This document shows, piece after piece, positions 42,401 to 55,100 of a DNA stretch of 64,000 bases. The stretch comes from Phoronis australis (lineage: Eukaryota; Animalia; Phoronida): positions 99,673 to 163,672 of the forward strand of contig NMRA01000740.1 in NCBI GenBank assembly GCA_002633005.1, written 5' to 3'. Each line of letters starts with the position of its first letter. Position 1 is the first letter of the stretch. The notes beneath the pieces were generated by a model. That model did no database searches, was not told the origin of the DNA, and saw nothing but the letters and a program-made list of their open reading frames with translations. Both the position numbers and the translations under genes were made by a program.

Positions 42401-44752
42401 GACATGCTGCTCTTGTGGCTATAGAGTTAGAAAACTTGGTTATTGCAGCTTAAAAGTAAAATCTCACAAATGCCAGAGAGAGAAAAACAATTGCAAAAAC
42501 TGCCTGTTTTCACTTTTCAAGGACTTCTAGCATTTTTGTGAACGCCCAGAATTTTTTAAAACATTGTTTGATGGCAATTGTGGAACAAATCTTGAGCACC
42601 AAAAAGACAACACGTTTAATTTGGTGCTGCATACGTTGCATGGAAATTGGAGATTATCATACGGTACTTAGGGATCCACATCCGCCTGTTCACATATATA
42701 TGATACGTCCAAAATCAGCTTAAAGCTAATTCACATACGCCTTTAAAATTAATTTTGAAAATACTCCCTACCATGATAGCAGCAACTTTACGAAATTAAT
42801 AACTAAACTACATTAGTAACTACTACCATGCCTGTAAAGACCATCCTGAGTATTTTCGAGTAAAAATAGCTTCAGAAAATCCACCATCTGGCCCATTTGC
42901 TGCCTACTTGCTCTAGTCAACATGATTTGGTAAAATTTACGCACTTGTTGCGTTTCTCTTGAAGCTGGCACAGAAATGCACTCCTTATATTTTCCAGTGT
43001 CAAGTGACTAGTCTCACCCTCCATTTGGGACGCTACAAGATAACAAGTGAGAACCAACTATAGTTGTTTAAGTCACTACATGTCAGAATTAACATTCATT
43101 ATCACTAAGTGATTATCAAAGGCACTGTTATGTGTGGTTTTACACTTAATAAAATCCAAGCTTATTTTCAAACAATATGCAGCTAAAGAAGGAAAGTGCC
43201 CACAGTTGAATAACTTACCTTTCAACTTCAACAGCCTTCCTACCAAATCTTCCAAATTGCTCAACTGTCTGCTAGTTTCTTCAAGAATCATAGCCTGAAG
43301 AAAATCAACAAGAAATAAAAAGCGAGGAACATGATGCACTCTACAATAAAAACCTTTGTTCACATTTGATGCACCCATGTTTATATTTGAAGCTGTACTT
43401 CCTTTATTCTGTCTTTGCTATGTTATGTACTTTCAAAATAAAAAATCAGCTTTAGTGATGTATTGGTTAACAGTTTTCATCGGTAATCTGTTTTGTCTGG
43501 GTTGTACTATGAGCTGTGTTGTAGAGCAAAAGGCTAGGCATAACTATTAAGTGTTAAGTACAAAAAACACGATTAAAAGATAGATAGACATAAGAACGGA
43601 CAAGGGAGGTAGATAGTTACACTATTTGTTTCCCCGTGTTCCTCTTTAAAATCACTTTAGTATATGTAGACTTAACCATGACCTACAACTTGAGAAAAAG
43701 CAAAGAAAATTGTTTTAGAGTGACTATTTTTTATTAAAAAATATTTAAATTTTCCCAAGAAGTTCATTTTTTTCTTGGAGGCCTTTCTAAAAATGCCGTC
43801 ACAGATTTCAAAATCTTCCAACAGACTTATTTAAGTCACCAATAGGTAATCATGATAATGAAGCCATTGTCAAATACTGTTTTCTGTACTTTGTTTTTGA
43901 TATTTGGCAAATACACAACATTCAGTCAAAATTCCCAACTTCATTTCGAAATAACTTATGTTAAAATCAATTTAAAAAATCCCTGGCTTAGATTTGAAGT
44001 TCATTTGTATTAGATTTCAATTTCTTTATGACATAAAAATTGATCAAAAGATAGCTAAGAAATAAACTAGAGCAAATTGTCACTACCTAAAAATAATGAA
44101 ATTTGAAAGCGCTTATCTCGCGTAACCTAAGCACCAGAAACACATGAAACCCTCTTGCCTAGATATTCACCCAACAAAGTTTATTTTGACTCTTGCGAAT
44201 GAAGTATGATCCCAATGTAGCTCCTGTATGTGACAGATCAAGCAGGCACCTTAATTTTTTGTTTCTCAATCCCATGATTTTAGATTTCAACTCAGAATGA
44301 GCATGATACTCTGGTGATAGGTATATACTTTTAAGTATAGGACTTTGCAAACAGGACTTTGTTTTTTTTAAACAGAATGGCATTTGAGTGGTTTCACTGC
44401 TTGTCTCAATTGCAAAATGAGTGAGCAAAGACGAGAAACGAATTAACAGTTTTATGAGTAATACAAAGCATTCACAGTGGCAATTAAAAACAGAATGAAA
44501 GTTCAACATTTCCGAGTCTGAATTAAAAAGTAAGCTTTTGAAATTTGTCAAACAACCAATCTCCAGTCAAAATACCTTTGAAGTTTTCTTCTTTCCCGTC
44601 CTGTCTCCTTTCTCTATAATTTGCTTGAGTGTATGGTAACAAGTAGCTATGTTTGCTCTCCACTTGGCATCTGATTGGCGCCGTTTCTGTCTCATGCCAG
44701 GATCTGACGCCGATCGGGACTGAGACCTCGTTTTAATCTCCGACCGTTGCAT
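31113..44752 (-). CDS. STRA8: STRA8-like meiotic-initiator transcription factor (atypical bHLH + acidic region + HMG-box-like domain), ~599 aa
   Basis: Exons (-) 44752-44576, 43294-43219, 43032-42945, 41827-41542, 40711-40583, 38766-38692, 37275-37175, 36482-36330, 34813-34572, 34119-33923, 33473-33390, 32606-32472, 31169-31113 total 1800 nt in one frame. bHLH RRQSDAKWRANIATCYHTLKQII..SKAMILEETSRQLSNLEDLVGRLLKLKAS and ERYYYFYRQVANQL..PKVTTVIKEMWEDLPVDQRK resemble recalled STRA8 blocks. The middle low-complexity exons and true start are less certain. Confidence 0.75.
32112..32302. mobile_element. MITE family A, CATG...CATG termini, 5-bp TSD CTACA
   Basis: Ends CATGCGCGCCCC / GGTGCATGCATG, flanked by CTACA on both sides. 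Internal ACAAAGTCCAC and AATTCGAGCCCCCC are shared with 63434-63631. Confidence 0.85.
36383..36439 (-). repeat. (AGC)n microsatellite encoding a ~19-residue poly-Ser tract in the STRA8-like exon
   Basis: GCT x ~19 on the + strand; exon phase puts it in the AGC (Ser) frame. Confidence 0.85.
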
Positions 44753-47700
44753 GCCTAAGCAGTTTGGGAAATTCTGGGTGAAAATGAAAAGTTAGGAGTT
44801 ACGACAAGATTTTGGTTAAAAATATTTACCACGCACTATAATCATGCAGTGGAGCAAACAAAAATGTTGCTTGAACAAAAAGTACACTACTCTAATTCAT
44901 CTCTGCCGGCTAAAAGGGGCTTATGGCCAGGGACAAACGGCCAGTAAATACAGTCAGTCGTATGCACGCCTGGCATGGCATATCTTGGAAAGTCGCATTG
45001 GCACTCAAACAGATAACTTTGAAGAAACATTACACTTGGCAACTACATAAGGCAACACACCTATAGTATGTTTAGAGCCACCACTTCCTGCAATCAACTC
45101 CCTAAATAATCGCCTTGAGAAAAGTCAATTCATTAAGAATGAATCATTTTCTTGTTTTAGTTTCGTATTTTTAGTCTACCGAAATTGACTTTCAAGTCCT
45201 CATATCACTGTGTCAGTCACACATTTATTTAATTTATAATTATTTATTACTTGACGCTAGTTGTTTATTTCATATTTTTATTCTTTTATTTTATTAGTAT
45301 TCCTGTTCCTGGGGCATTTGGAAGACCAATGAGATTGTTTTGGCCCAGGTTTTGCGGTATAACATTTTGTCTAGATATTTTAAAAGGGTCAATTAGTTTT
45401 CCTCATTACACATAAAACCGTGGATCTTGACTGAACAATGAGAAGACTCACCACAGCTAACTTGGTCGATTTAAAAATCTACAATTTTGTCTTGATCTAA
45501 TTACACAACAGTCTATATCCACAAAAATGGACGTTGATTATAACCCATAAGTTTGAAAGTGCCAAGATTAATATTGTTTTATCTTCAAAAATTAGTTTTA
45601 AAAAATTCTTCATCTATTCCAGGAACATATTTCTCCCACAGCATCATTCAGTATGTTCTAAATATATGCAAGTTGACAAGTCATTTCAATTACTGGTATC
45701 AAAATCTTATCTGCCATTTACAAATTAGCCTTTTAATGTTCAACACTTTTTGAAGATTGTGAGTCAATTGGCAGGAAATTTTGCTCATTTAGGGTCAATG
45801 GCTATGGAACAGCATCTCAGAATTTTTATTTTTGTTAAACAATGAAAATATCACCCATCAAAAATGAATACTGAGGACATTATTTCAAAAAAGAAACTTA
45901 TATGGTTGGTACTCACTATATTGTCACATGGTTCCTTACGAATAGACAGTAAGAATGTTTAGTTCAAACACAAAGTCGCCTGCAGCTCAGGATTTTTGAA
46001 ATTCATGCATTTCAAGCCCAATGATTCAGAAACTCGTAAACAGTGCAAATTACTCACTAAGATTGTCAAACCATCAATCCTTGCATTGACAGCAACATTA
46101 CCTCACCACTTGAAAAATGTCAACTGAGTGCAGATCTTCTGATAGCAATTTGTCAAATCAGCTGAGCTATCAAAAGGTCAGGGGTTTAATAAATTATCAA
46201 TTCAAGGATATTAAGCTTGGCTACTTGAAAGTGTTGAGATACATAATAAACATTTCCAGTTGAGCTCAGCAGACAAATAAATCCTTTAGCTTTCTTAAAG
46301 GGGCATTATGGGTTTTATGACCAAACCCACATTTCAGGGATTGTTGTTGGATGGGATAGTCATCTTGAAGTTATTGCTGTGACAACTCTGCCATAAAACA
46401 AAAAATAAGTTTGGTTTTTCATTTTATAACAAATTTCCAATTCTTGCTACTGTATGCCAGACATGGGAAATTAAAGGCCTATGATTTTGCTCATTTGCAG
46501 TTAATATAAGCTTAATAAGATTCTCTGACATTAATTCTGTGCCAGCATGAGACTGCAACTCCCAGGGGGGGGGGGTGCAATTCCATTAAGGTAGAATGTA
46601 ACCAATTTCAGACATACATAATTACAAATTGTTCTCACAGCTCCATAGAAATTCATCATGATTTTACGACTTGTATTACAAAAATAGAAAAGTAAACTTT
46701 CACTCACAGGCATCGACAGGGTTTCAATTTACAGTTGAATTCTATAGTTATTTTGAATTCTGGTCGTCTACTAAAGTATAAGCCTCCATTAAACAAAGTG
46801 GGTGTTACGGTGAAAGACACATAAACAGGCAAAAATTTACACAGGTTACTGAAAATCCATTTCTAATTAAAGTAACTTTGATGTCAAATTTATGATCTAA
46901 CAGCATTATTGCTGGCAGTGCTATCGACGCAGACAGGGAGTAGAATTATACCCTCGCCCACAAAATTTCCCTCTCAATAGGCACAGGCAATTTCCCATCA
47001 GGTGAAGGAAGGCCCTGTATCAATTGGTCAAAATAAAAAATCTCTGAGTCGGTGATATATTTTCCTCCTCTCATCAACCATAAAGTTAGTGAGCCAAACT
47101 AACCTTAGTTAATTCATAGGCCCCGGGCCCCCCCTTAGCTGCCGCAAAAAAATAAAACAGTAAGAGCGTAGGGAAATGTTGAGTTTATTAATTAACCCTG
47201 GTAATTAAAATTATACGGATGAAAAAAGATTTAAATGTGTGCAGTTTTAGTGTTGGGGGGGCTCAAATCCAATTTCAAGTGTCAAATTCGGAACACGGCG
47301 CATTAGTAACGGAACTATGGTTAAGTACAGGCTCTCCCGCGATATCCCAGGCGACCCGGCAGTGGCGCTGCGCACTACGACTCAGTTTCCGTCGTCTGCT
47401 CCACTGTGCAGAAGAAAATTTACTTCATTTTTTAAAGAAAATGGAACCTGAGTGACGATGAAAAAACAGAAGCTGCTGGTAAGATGGGAATTTTAATCGA
47501 AGCCTTAGTGAATCACTCAGAAATTCGCAATACTCTCTTTGTCAAACCTTATGTTAAGACGATTTCCAAAGCAATCCCGTCATTATTGCCAACACAAAAA
47601 ACGGATTTGGTCTTTTGGGCATTTGAATACTATTTTAAATACGACAAATTTGTTAAGAATCGATGGCACAAAACGTGTAACAAGCATTACAAAAAGAAGT

Positions 47701-47765
47701 AGGTTTCGCGCGCAAACGCTGTGGACCATAAACAAGTAGGTCTCTTAGTATGCTATTAGTCGGAA

Positions 47766-47823
47766 ATCGTGGTGGTGTAGTGGTAACGCACGCGCGCTCT
47801 ATGCTCAAGGTCGTGAGTTCGAG
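47766..47823 (+). pseudogene. tRNA-derived sequence (pseudo-tRNA or SINE head) truncated by the assembly gap
   Basis: TGGTGTAGTGG A-box, D-stem GTGT/GCAC, GAGTTCGAG B-box. The anticodon stem does not pair and the 3' end runs into Ns. Confidence 0.6.
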
Positions 47824-48068
47824 NNNNNNNNNNNNNNNNNNNNNNNNNNNNNNNNNNNNNNNNNNNNNNNNNNNNNNNNNNNNNNNNNNNNNNNNNNNNN
47901 NNNNNNNNNNNNNNNNNNNNNNNNNNNNNNNNNNNNNNNNNNNNNNNNNNNNNNNNNNNNNNNNNNNNNNNNNNNNNNNNNNNNNNNNNNNNNNNNNNNN
48001 NNNNNNNNNNNNNNNNNNNNNNNNNNNNNNNNNNNNNNNNNNNNNNNNNNNNNNNNNNNNNNNNNNNN
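47824..48068. other. Assembly gap (N run)
   Basis: Run of n characters. Confidence 1.
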
Positions 48069-49124
48069 TCACAATAAAATGGCTGCCGAAGGCAGTGCAC
48101 ATTTGAAATAACTCGGCACAAATTAAAGAAAACTTCCGAATCGATGAATGCGGTATATCTGTGAGAGTTAAATCGAATCCTATTCAGATCATAACTTTGA
48201 AGTGGAATAATTCGGTGAGTACAACAGCAAGTCGGTTTTATGCTTAGGCGGACGAACATTGGGTTCCCCAGTATACTATGTGGTCAAGCAGCCGTAAATC
48301 TTCATAATTCAACCCATTCAGAAAGCTTAAAACATGGAGATTAACTTTAAGACCACTGTGGCTGTGCAACCAACAAACCTCCCAAAACATCTTAAACTAA
48401 CGTGTCCTCATTTTTAGCAAAATCAAGTGGGAATATCAAAAAATAATTATCAAGTGAAAGCAAATTCTCTCCATCGAAAGATTTATGCCTCTTCAACTGG
48501 CAGTCAAAACTCTCCCGACGAGGTCAGTGAAATTGTGACGATACGCCAACAATGAAACTCCCGATTTTTGAGTCAAGAATAAGAACCTGCCGATTCGCCT
48601 TCGGCTACCCTTGCCCCTTACCGGACTAAGTCTTAGTCCTTAAGGCGTTAGGCTTACCTCACGCGGCTCGAGTCTCAAATCCCTGAAACTGTACTGGAAA
48701 CGGACAACTCACTTGGCAACCACTGCTGTGAAACTGATTCCTAGAATAAAATTCAATACCCAAAAAACAGCAGTGACATTCTTAGTGACACGAAAGCTGT
48801 CGCACAACAACACGAAGTGAGCTAAAGTAAAGCTAAGCGCGCCGACCAGCAGATTCTCATGCAGACATGATGCAGACGATCTTTTGAAATGTCCGCCAAC
48901 TGGGTCTTAAAAAATTAATTAGAAATAACAAACGTCTTTCTAAGACGAGTATTGTTTTGATATGTTCTTTAAAACGTAATTTTTAAGGAAAAAGTGTTGT
49001 AAAGAATATTTTTTAGGAATTTTTATGTTCAACTACGCTTAAATATACCATTTTGTAAATTCTTTACTCGTTGTTCTGCAATGTTTTGTAATAAGCATTT
49101 ACAACGGGGTCAGAGGTTATAAAG

Positions 49125-52100
49125 ATGGCTGCGCCCAGGTTGATTTCTCTTGATAACGCTAAAGCTCTAGTCGATGCTTTAGACTGCTTTTTGTTGGATT
49201 GTGATGGTAAGCTAATGTGCCTTCCACTAAATTGGAATGACTTACTAAAGCCTAGGCTGATTTCTTCTGATAACGTTGAGGATTTCGTCGAATTTTCACT
49301 CGGACCTCCACTGACTGACAGTGACACCGACAGTGACAAGTGACTGGTAATGTATTCCCGTATGTGGCTGACTAAACGGGGCTACAAGTACAATACTCCT
49401 CAGCGGCATCACTTTCTGTACTAGTTTTGTTTCGTGTATTTTGCCAAATCGGCTAACTAAGTAAGACGTTTTCACCTCGTCAAAAATACATTTTACACTT
49501 AAAATTATTACTTTAAAAAGCTGTTGTAGATGTGCTTCCGGTGAATTATTTGAACCTCTGTTAGTTACTCGCTAACGGGCAATTGCCTATTAGCTGAATG
49601 GTTAGCACGCTTGCCAGTTTTATGGGGGTCGCTGATTCGATTCCCGGGTCGGATAATATCGGCTACTACTACAAAGCGCTTACCATGGCTCGACATAACG
49701 AACTGCAGGTCGCATTTGCGACCTGAAATTTGGAAATGCGAGCTGAGATTTTTGTCAGCTCGTATCAAGTCGCAAAATGCGACTTAGAATTTCCAACGAA
49801 TGCGAGCTGAATTTTTACAATTCCCAACAGATACCTGGCAAATACAAAGCAGCTCTTGTTAATCCGACCATTATTTGGTTGTTGCCAAATCCAAGTTTAG
49901 GCACGTAAAACTGGCGGGAAAATTTTGCGACCTGGCATTTACGAATGCGAGCTGGATTTTGAAAATGCGACCTGGGATTTTGGCTAGGTCGCAAAATGCG
50001 ACCTGGCGATTTTAATAGCATCGAGCCCTGATTACTTTCTTCAACAATCCTTTCTAGTTCTAAACATATCTGATGAAGCACGTCTTTGGGAATTAAGACG
50101 GATAATGACTTTTGCAAAGAATTCCAACTCTTTTTTAGTAGCACATTAACCGCAAAATGTTTCAACTGATGTCATATGAGTAATTGGCAAGGAATAGTGC
50201 AAAACTGCACAAAGGACGTATCCATTTGCAAAAATACCATGGGAATATATGAGGTGGAATGTGTAAGATTTGTGTCCCTTGGACTTTTTGTTCATCAATG
50301 GGCACGTCATTTCTGTAACTTCCTAAATAACACCTGGTGAGGGAATGTCAAGCTGAGCGCAACAGATTTTCACAGATGTTCAAATTATGTTGACTAAATT
50401 GTCTAATGTGTCATGGTGTGTTTTAATTATGACTCCATTTTTCACTTAATTTAATTCGCTATATATTCTGAGATGGGAGTAAATTTATATGGGTTTGTAA
50501 CTATCACCCCTCTATATCTGTGACAATACAGACCAATATCCCAATTTAAGCCACTATATATAAAGTGGTTGTGCTGCCTCGCCTTGGCGTGGCTGCCAAT
50601 TGAATCTCAGGAGCGTAAACCCTGATTACCCCAAGCTTTCTTATTAAAGTTATAAGACATGGAATTGTGTCCCTGTGATGTTTAAGAGCCATCAATCTGC
50701 TGAGAAATTTTCAATCTGCTGCCCATGAATGCTTGATGACTCAATGTTGATTAATAAGGTAGCAGTTGCAACACCTGTCAGGTATTGCTTAATAATATAA
50801 CTGATGCCTAATGTATTCTCTCTGCAGGTTGAGCAGAGACTCCTCTTTTGGCTCTGTGCTATTATTAGTGTTTGTATATATCTGTACACAGTTCCGTTTG
50901 TGATAAACCAGCTCTTGTGCAAAAGTTAACTTCATTTTATCCAAAACCTGACTTTAAATAAAATTTCCTTTACTTTTTGCTGCTTTTTTGTTGTATGGTG
51001 ATGCAGTGTGAATGAGACAGTACCGATGCGCTAATACTTACTGAAGCCGCAACACAGACATGGCTAAAATTCTGATTTTCCGGCCAAAATTTTGTGCACG
51101 TTATTCCTGAAAACAAATTGTGATCTTTGGTTCAGGCATAAAAAATTCCCCAAAACCCTCTACGGAACTTATGCTGGACTCTTACATGCACAGCTAGCCG
51201 AAAGGAGTCTTTAGAGAATAGCATACCCAAGTTCTGTGCTATTTAAAAGCTTTCGAAACGTAAATTTAAAAATAATTTTGTCGCCCCCAGTGTGTTTATG
51301 GTGGGTCCGATTATCTGAAAGCCCATTGACTTACTCAGGTCTGAGCGTAGCGTTGATGTATACAGCGAAGTTAACTGGGCCGTTCGTACTGGCTTTGGTA
51401 ATTAATGAACATCGAAGTAAATGGTAGGTGATGCAGTCGTCATTGAAATTATCACAAGGTATCGCTGCACTCTAAGATTTTTTCAATGTAACAATTTGGG
51501 AACATTTACATGTGCTGATTGACGTAAAACTTATTTTAAATCGATTGGTGGTTACATAGAGAAAAATACAAGCAACTATTAGCAAAGGCACCACCGTGTA
51601 ATTGTTGGCGATAACAGTGGCACGTGGCGATAACTTTGATAGGACCGAAGTTGACTGTTCATACTGCACTGCAGCGTCAACGCTCCGCTTTCAAATCCAT
51701 CTGTTAGTGCTAAGTTAACTGGCGCTGTTAATTTCGATCCAGAACCAAAGTTAAGCGTTCATACTTACTGCAACTCCCCAAAACATCGACACTTCAACTT
51801 TAGTATAATGAAAGGCCCTAAAAGCACGATAGCAGCCTGTGGCATCCATAGGCAATGCAATTACATTGCCTATGACTCCAACTGTTTTGATTTCTGGTCT
51901 CTCCCCCTCACAATGCATTTTGATGTGTACCTGTACAGTCTCTTCTCTACCTGTGTCGCTTGTTTTGTGTTTGTAACTGTTTTCTTGAGAATGGTTTAAT
52001 GAAATAAACCAAAGTGTTGGATTGGATAGATATGTCGTTACTTACTTAGACGCTAATTTTAAAGTTCGTGCTTCTGTTCTGGCCTAAATCAGATGTGATC

Positions 52101-55100
52101 GACTGCATAGTGTCCTTGGCCATTGCAGCAGCTTTCGAGGTAGCAAACTGGCCGAGTTGCCCAATCTCAACCAGTGAGGGTGTCAAAGTAAGATTCTTTT
52201 CATGAAAGCTTTAAAATATAGCTGTCCATCAGGAGTGTTGGAAACTGACACTTCATTTACTCTAATGCTTACTGGGAATTTACGAACATAGGCTCATGGG
52301 CAGATATTCGAAAAACAATCTTTTTAGAAACCTCGAACAAAACCGAATATACCCCCGTTCGTATGTTTAGAAAGGGGGGGGCTTATTTTAGGAAATTGTG
52401 TGTCAACATTTTACTATGCAGTTTTTGTTTAACACTTACAATTAGTTAATATAGTGGCCATGATTGTAATGGCTGGGAATCACCAGATCTGATTTTATCT
52501 TGCACAGTTCAAGACGAAAGTAATTAGACAAGCTACCGTTACCCCTATCATGACAGCTGACCCTGTTAACACAAACACGACAGGTAATAATGGTAAGCAT
52601 GACAAACTTCTAATTGCAGAAAGTCTTGGCCACCTTGCTAACTTTTCTGTTCAATTCGTCTTCAATTCTTGGACATGAAGAATTAAGATTACTCTGATAT
52701 TCAATTCAGCTTCCGCCCAGCCGTCATGACCGGGCATTCCGGGTCATTTTGTCTGGCAAATTCTTTTGGCTTGTACTGCAGTAACTGTTGTGATATGTGT
52801 GTTCTAGGCGTCCTTTGGCATTCATCCAAGACCATAGATGGCGCTGTGGAAACTGTAAAGAAACTGAAACAAAAGGTTTGTATCAAGTGCAGTTGTATTA
52901 TTAGTATGCAGTTATCATTATCATTTTAATATTACTATGATTACGTCTGTTGTTCCATGTTTAGAGGTTACCTGTACTTTTCTCGCAAAGTGGCACGGTA
53001 TGAAGAGGAGCTGATGATCGTCTTCTGCATGGGCAATTCTTAATAAACAAGTTTTAATGCCTTTCCAAACCACAATTACCTGGTCCTCTTGGTTGATTCC
53101 TTCACAGGATCAGATAAAGTACTCAGTAGTCTCCGTCGACAAACAGTGAACAGTTAATCACCCTATTTGGTGTTGGAACATGGGATGTCATGACAATGAT
53201 AGAATTTTCAGTGATAGTGCAGGAAGTAATGGCTTTAAGCTGCTACAAACCTCCTTCTATTATAAACAACTTTTGAGTTAAATCACTGACAGTGTTGTGA
53301 AATTGATTCTCATGTCAGTACTCACCCAAATTAGTTATGGGCTTGAATAGAACTGACATTTCTTTATTGTCTGGTAACAGGCTTGATCAGTTGAGTTGTC
53401 ATGGCAACTCATTTTATGCACTCTGACCTCAAGCTTTAGCTACTGACAATATTTCTTTCCAAGCCCAGAAAACACTTCTCGTCTCACTAACTTTAAGGAA
53501 AATTTAAGTCCAGGGCTGAGCTCTTTTGAGGCTTCTTTTGTGTGAATTTGACAAGATTAGACAAGTCTTCAAGAATTATGGCCATGTATTTCTAGTGAAG
53601 CATACACTGAAGTATATTTATTTCTCTCATAAATACAGAATGGGCTTTAGCTTTATAGTGCTAAGTTGTTTTTAAATCAAAAATGTGTTTCTTTATGGAA
53701 TATGGAATCATAGCAGCTTTAGTGGGCCATAATTGATCTTATGGCCAAAAACTGCATTTTTGTAATTGTTTGTGGTAGGGATCAACTTCTTGAACCAATT
53801 GACTTTGACCAGAACTATAAAATGACAATACTGAAGTGACCGTGACCAATCGAGATGCCCCCTATTGGGTTTGCCATGAATCAATCGCCACTTACATACC
53901 AATCATCGTTGTTGTCAGCCATCAGTTTGCTGAAGTGAAGGCCAATGACTAACAGTTAAATACAAATTAGTCTTAAAATCCTCTTCCGTTTACCGAGTGA
54001 GGCTTAGCTCAGCCAACATAGTGATGGACTGCCACAGCTGAGATAGTGAGTTCGATTTCGTTTTGGGGCCTAATCTCATAAAACTACATTTATCGCCAAT
54101 AATGTCATTTAAACAGCAATGACGACTGTCACATTTGATACTGTCTTTTATACCACAATATTAGCCTCGAATGGCAGATACAACTGTGTAGTAACCCATA
54201 AAGTTATCTCACTAGTGAGATAACATTTTGGCGGGAAACCGAGGCCGGAGTCGAACCCGGGCCTCGGGCGTTGCTGGTCGCCGACTTCACCACTCAGCGG
54301 CTGATGTCATCAAGAGTGAAAATAGAATACTTAAATGAGCACGCGCAATAATCCCATGTACAACAAACTGCATTGCACTGACACAAATGTGAAAAACAAA
54401 ACGCACAATTTCAATGAAAAACGACTTAATTCAGTAAAATTTAAAAAACAAATAAGTAACTTGTGAAGTAAGTTATACGACGTGTAGATACTTGAGAAAT
54501 GTAATAGAAATGAATCTAAATGTGCAAAACAAGAAGTAGGTCATATCAGTTCAAAATATTGTCTTCGCAGCTATTATTAGCAACAGCTAGTCGACATCTT
54601 CCTCGTGTTTTCTCTTTTCGGAGCTCTGACTTGATTTATTGTGATGTTGAATGTGTCACCGGTGATTGTTGAGTTTCCAAATACAGACGACAACCCTAAT
54701 GAGGCAGAGGAGGTGCGGGAAATTGAGATGTTACTGGAGGATGATGCACGTTCGCACCCTGTAAGTAAGGAGCATTAACGCCTCTGCTCGGTAATGTCTG
54801 CTGTATGGTAGTTGTTCAGGTTCTGTATATTCCTGTGTCCTGACAGCTGCTTCACGGTGGTTCGGGGCACTCCGGACTTGAGTAACATGGAACATGTTGT
54901 CTTTCTGACGCTGTGGTTTTTTTACGGCCAGCTATTCCAGCTGGCTCGCACATCCGCGGAACCATTTTGGCTAGAGTGTTTACACCAATCGGCTGCAACG
55001 TGAACCAAGGCTGATCAGATGAAGGCCTACACTGCTTGGGTTTAAGATAAAATGGGCTGTCTGCGAGCATCATAATCTCTGGTCTCACTGCTTTGTATTT

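Noticed and set aside
47766-47823. Possible amber-suppressor tRNA (CTA in the central loop)
   Set aside because: The anticodon stem does not pair or have canonical spacing, and the 3' half is lost in the gap; more likely a tRNA-derived repeat.
44800-49100. Retinoic-acid response element upstream of the STRA8-like gene
   Set aside because: Only isolated AGGTCA half-sites (~46175, ~48521); no convincing DR2/DR5 pair seen by eye.
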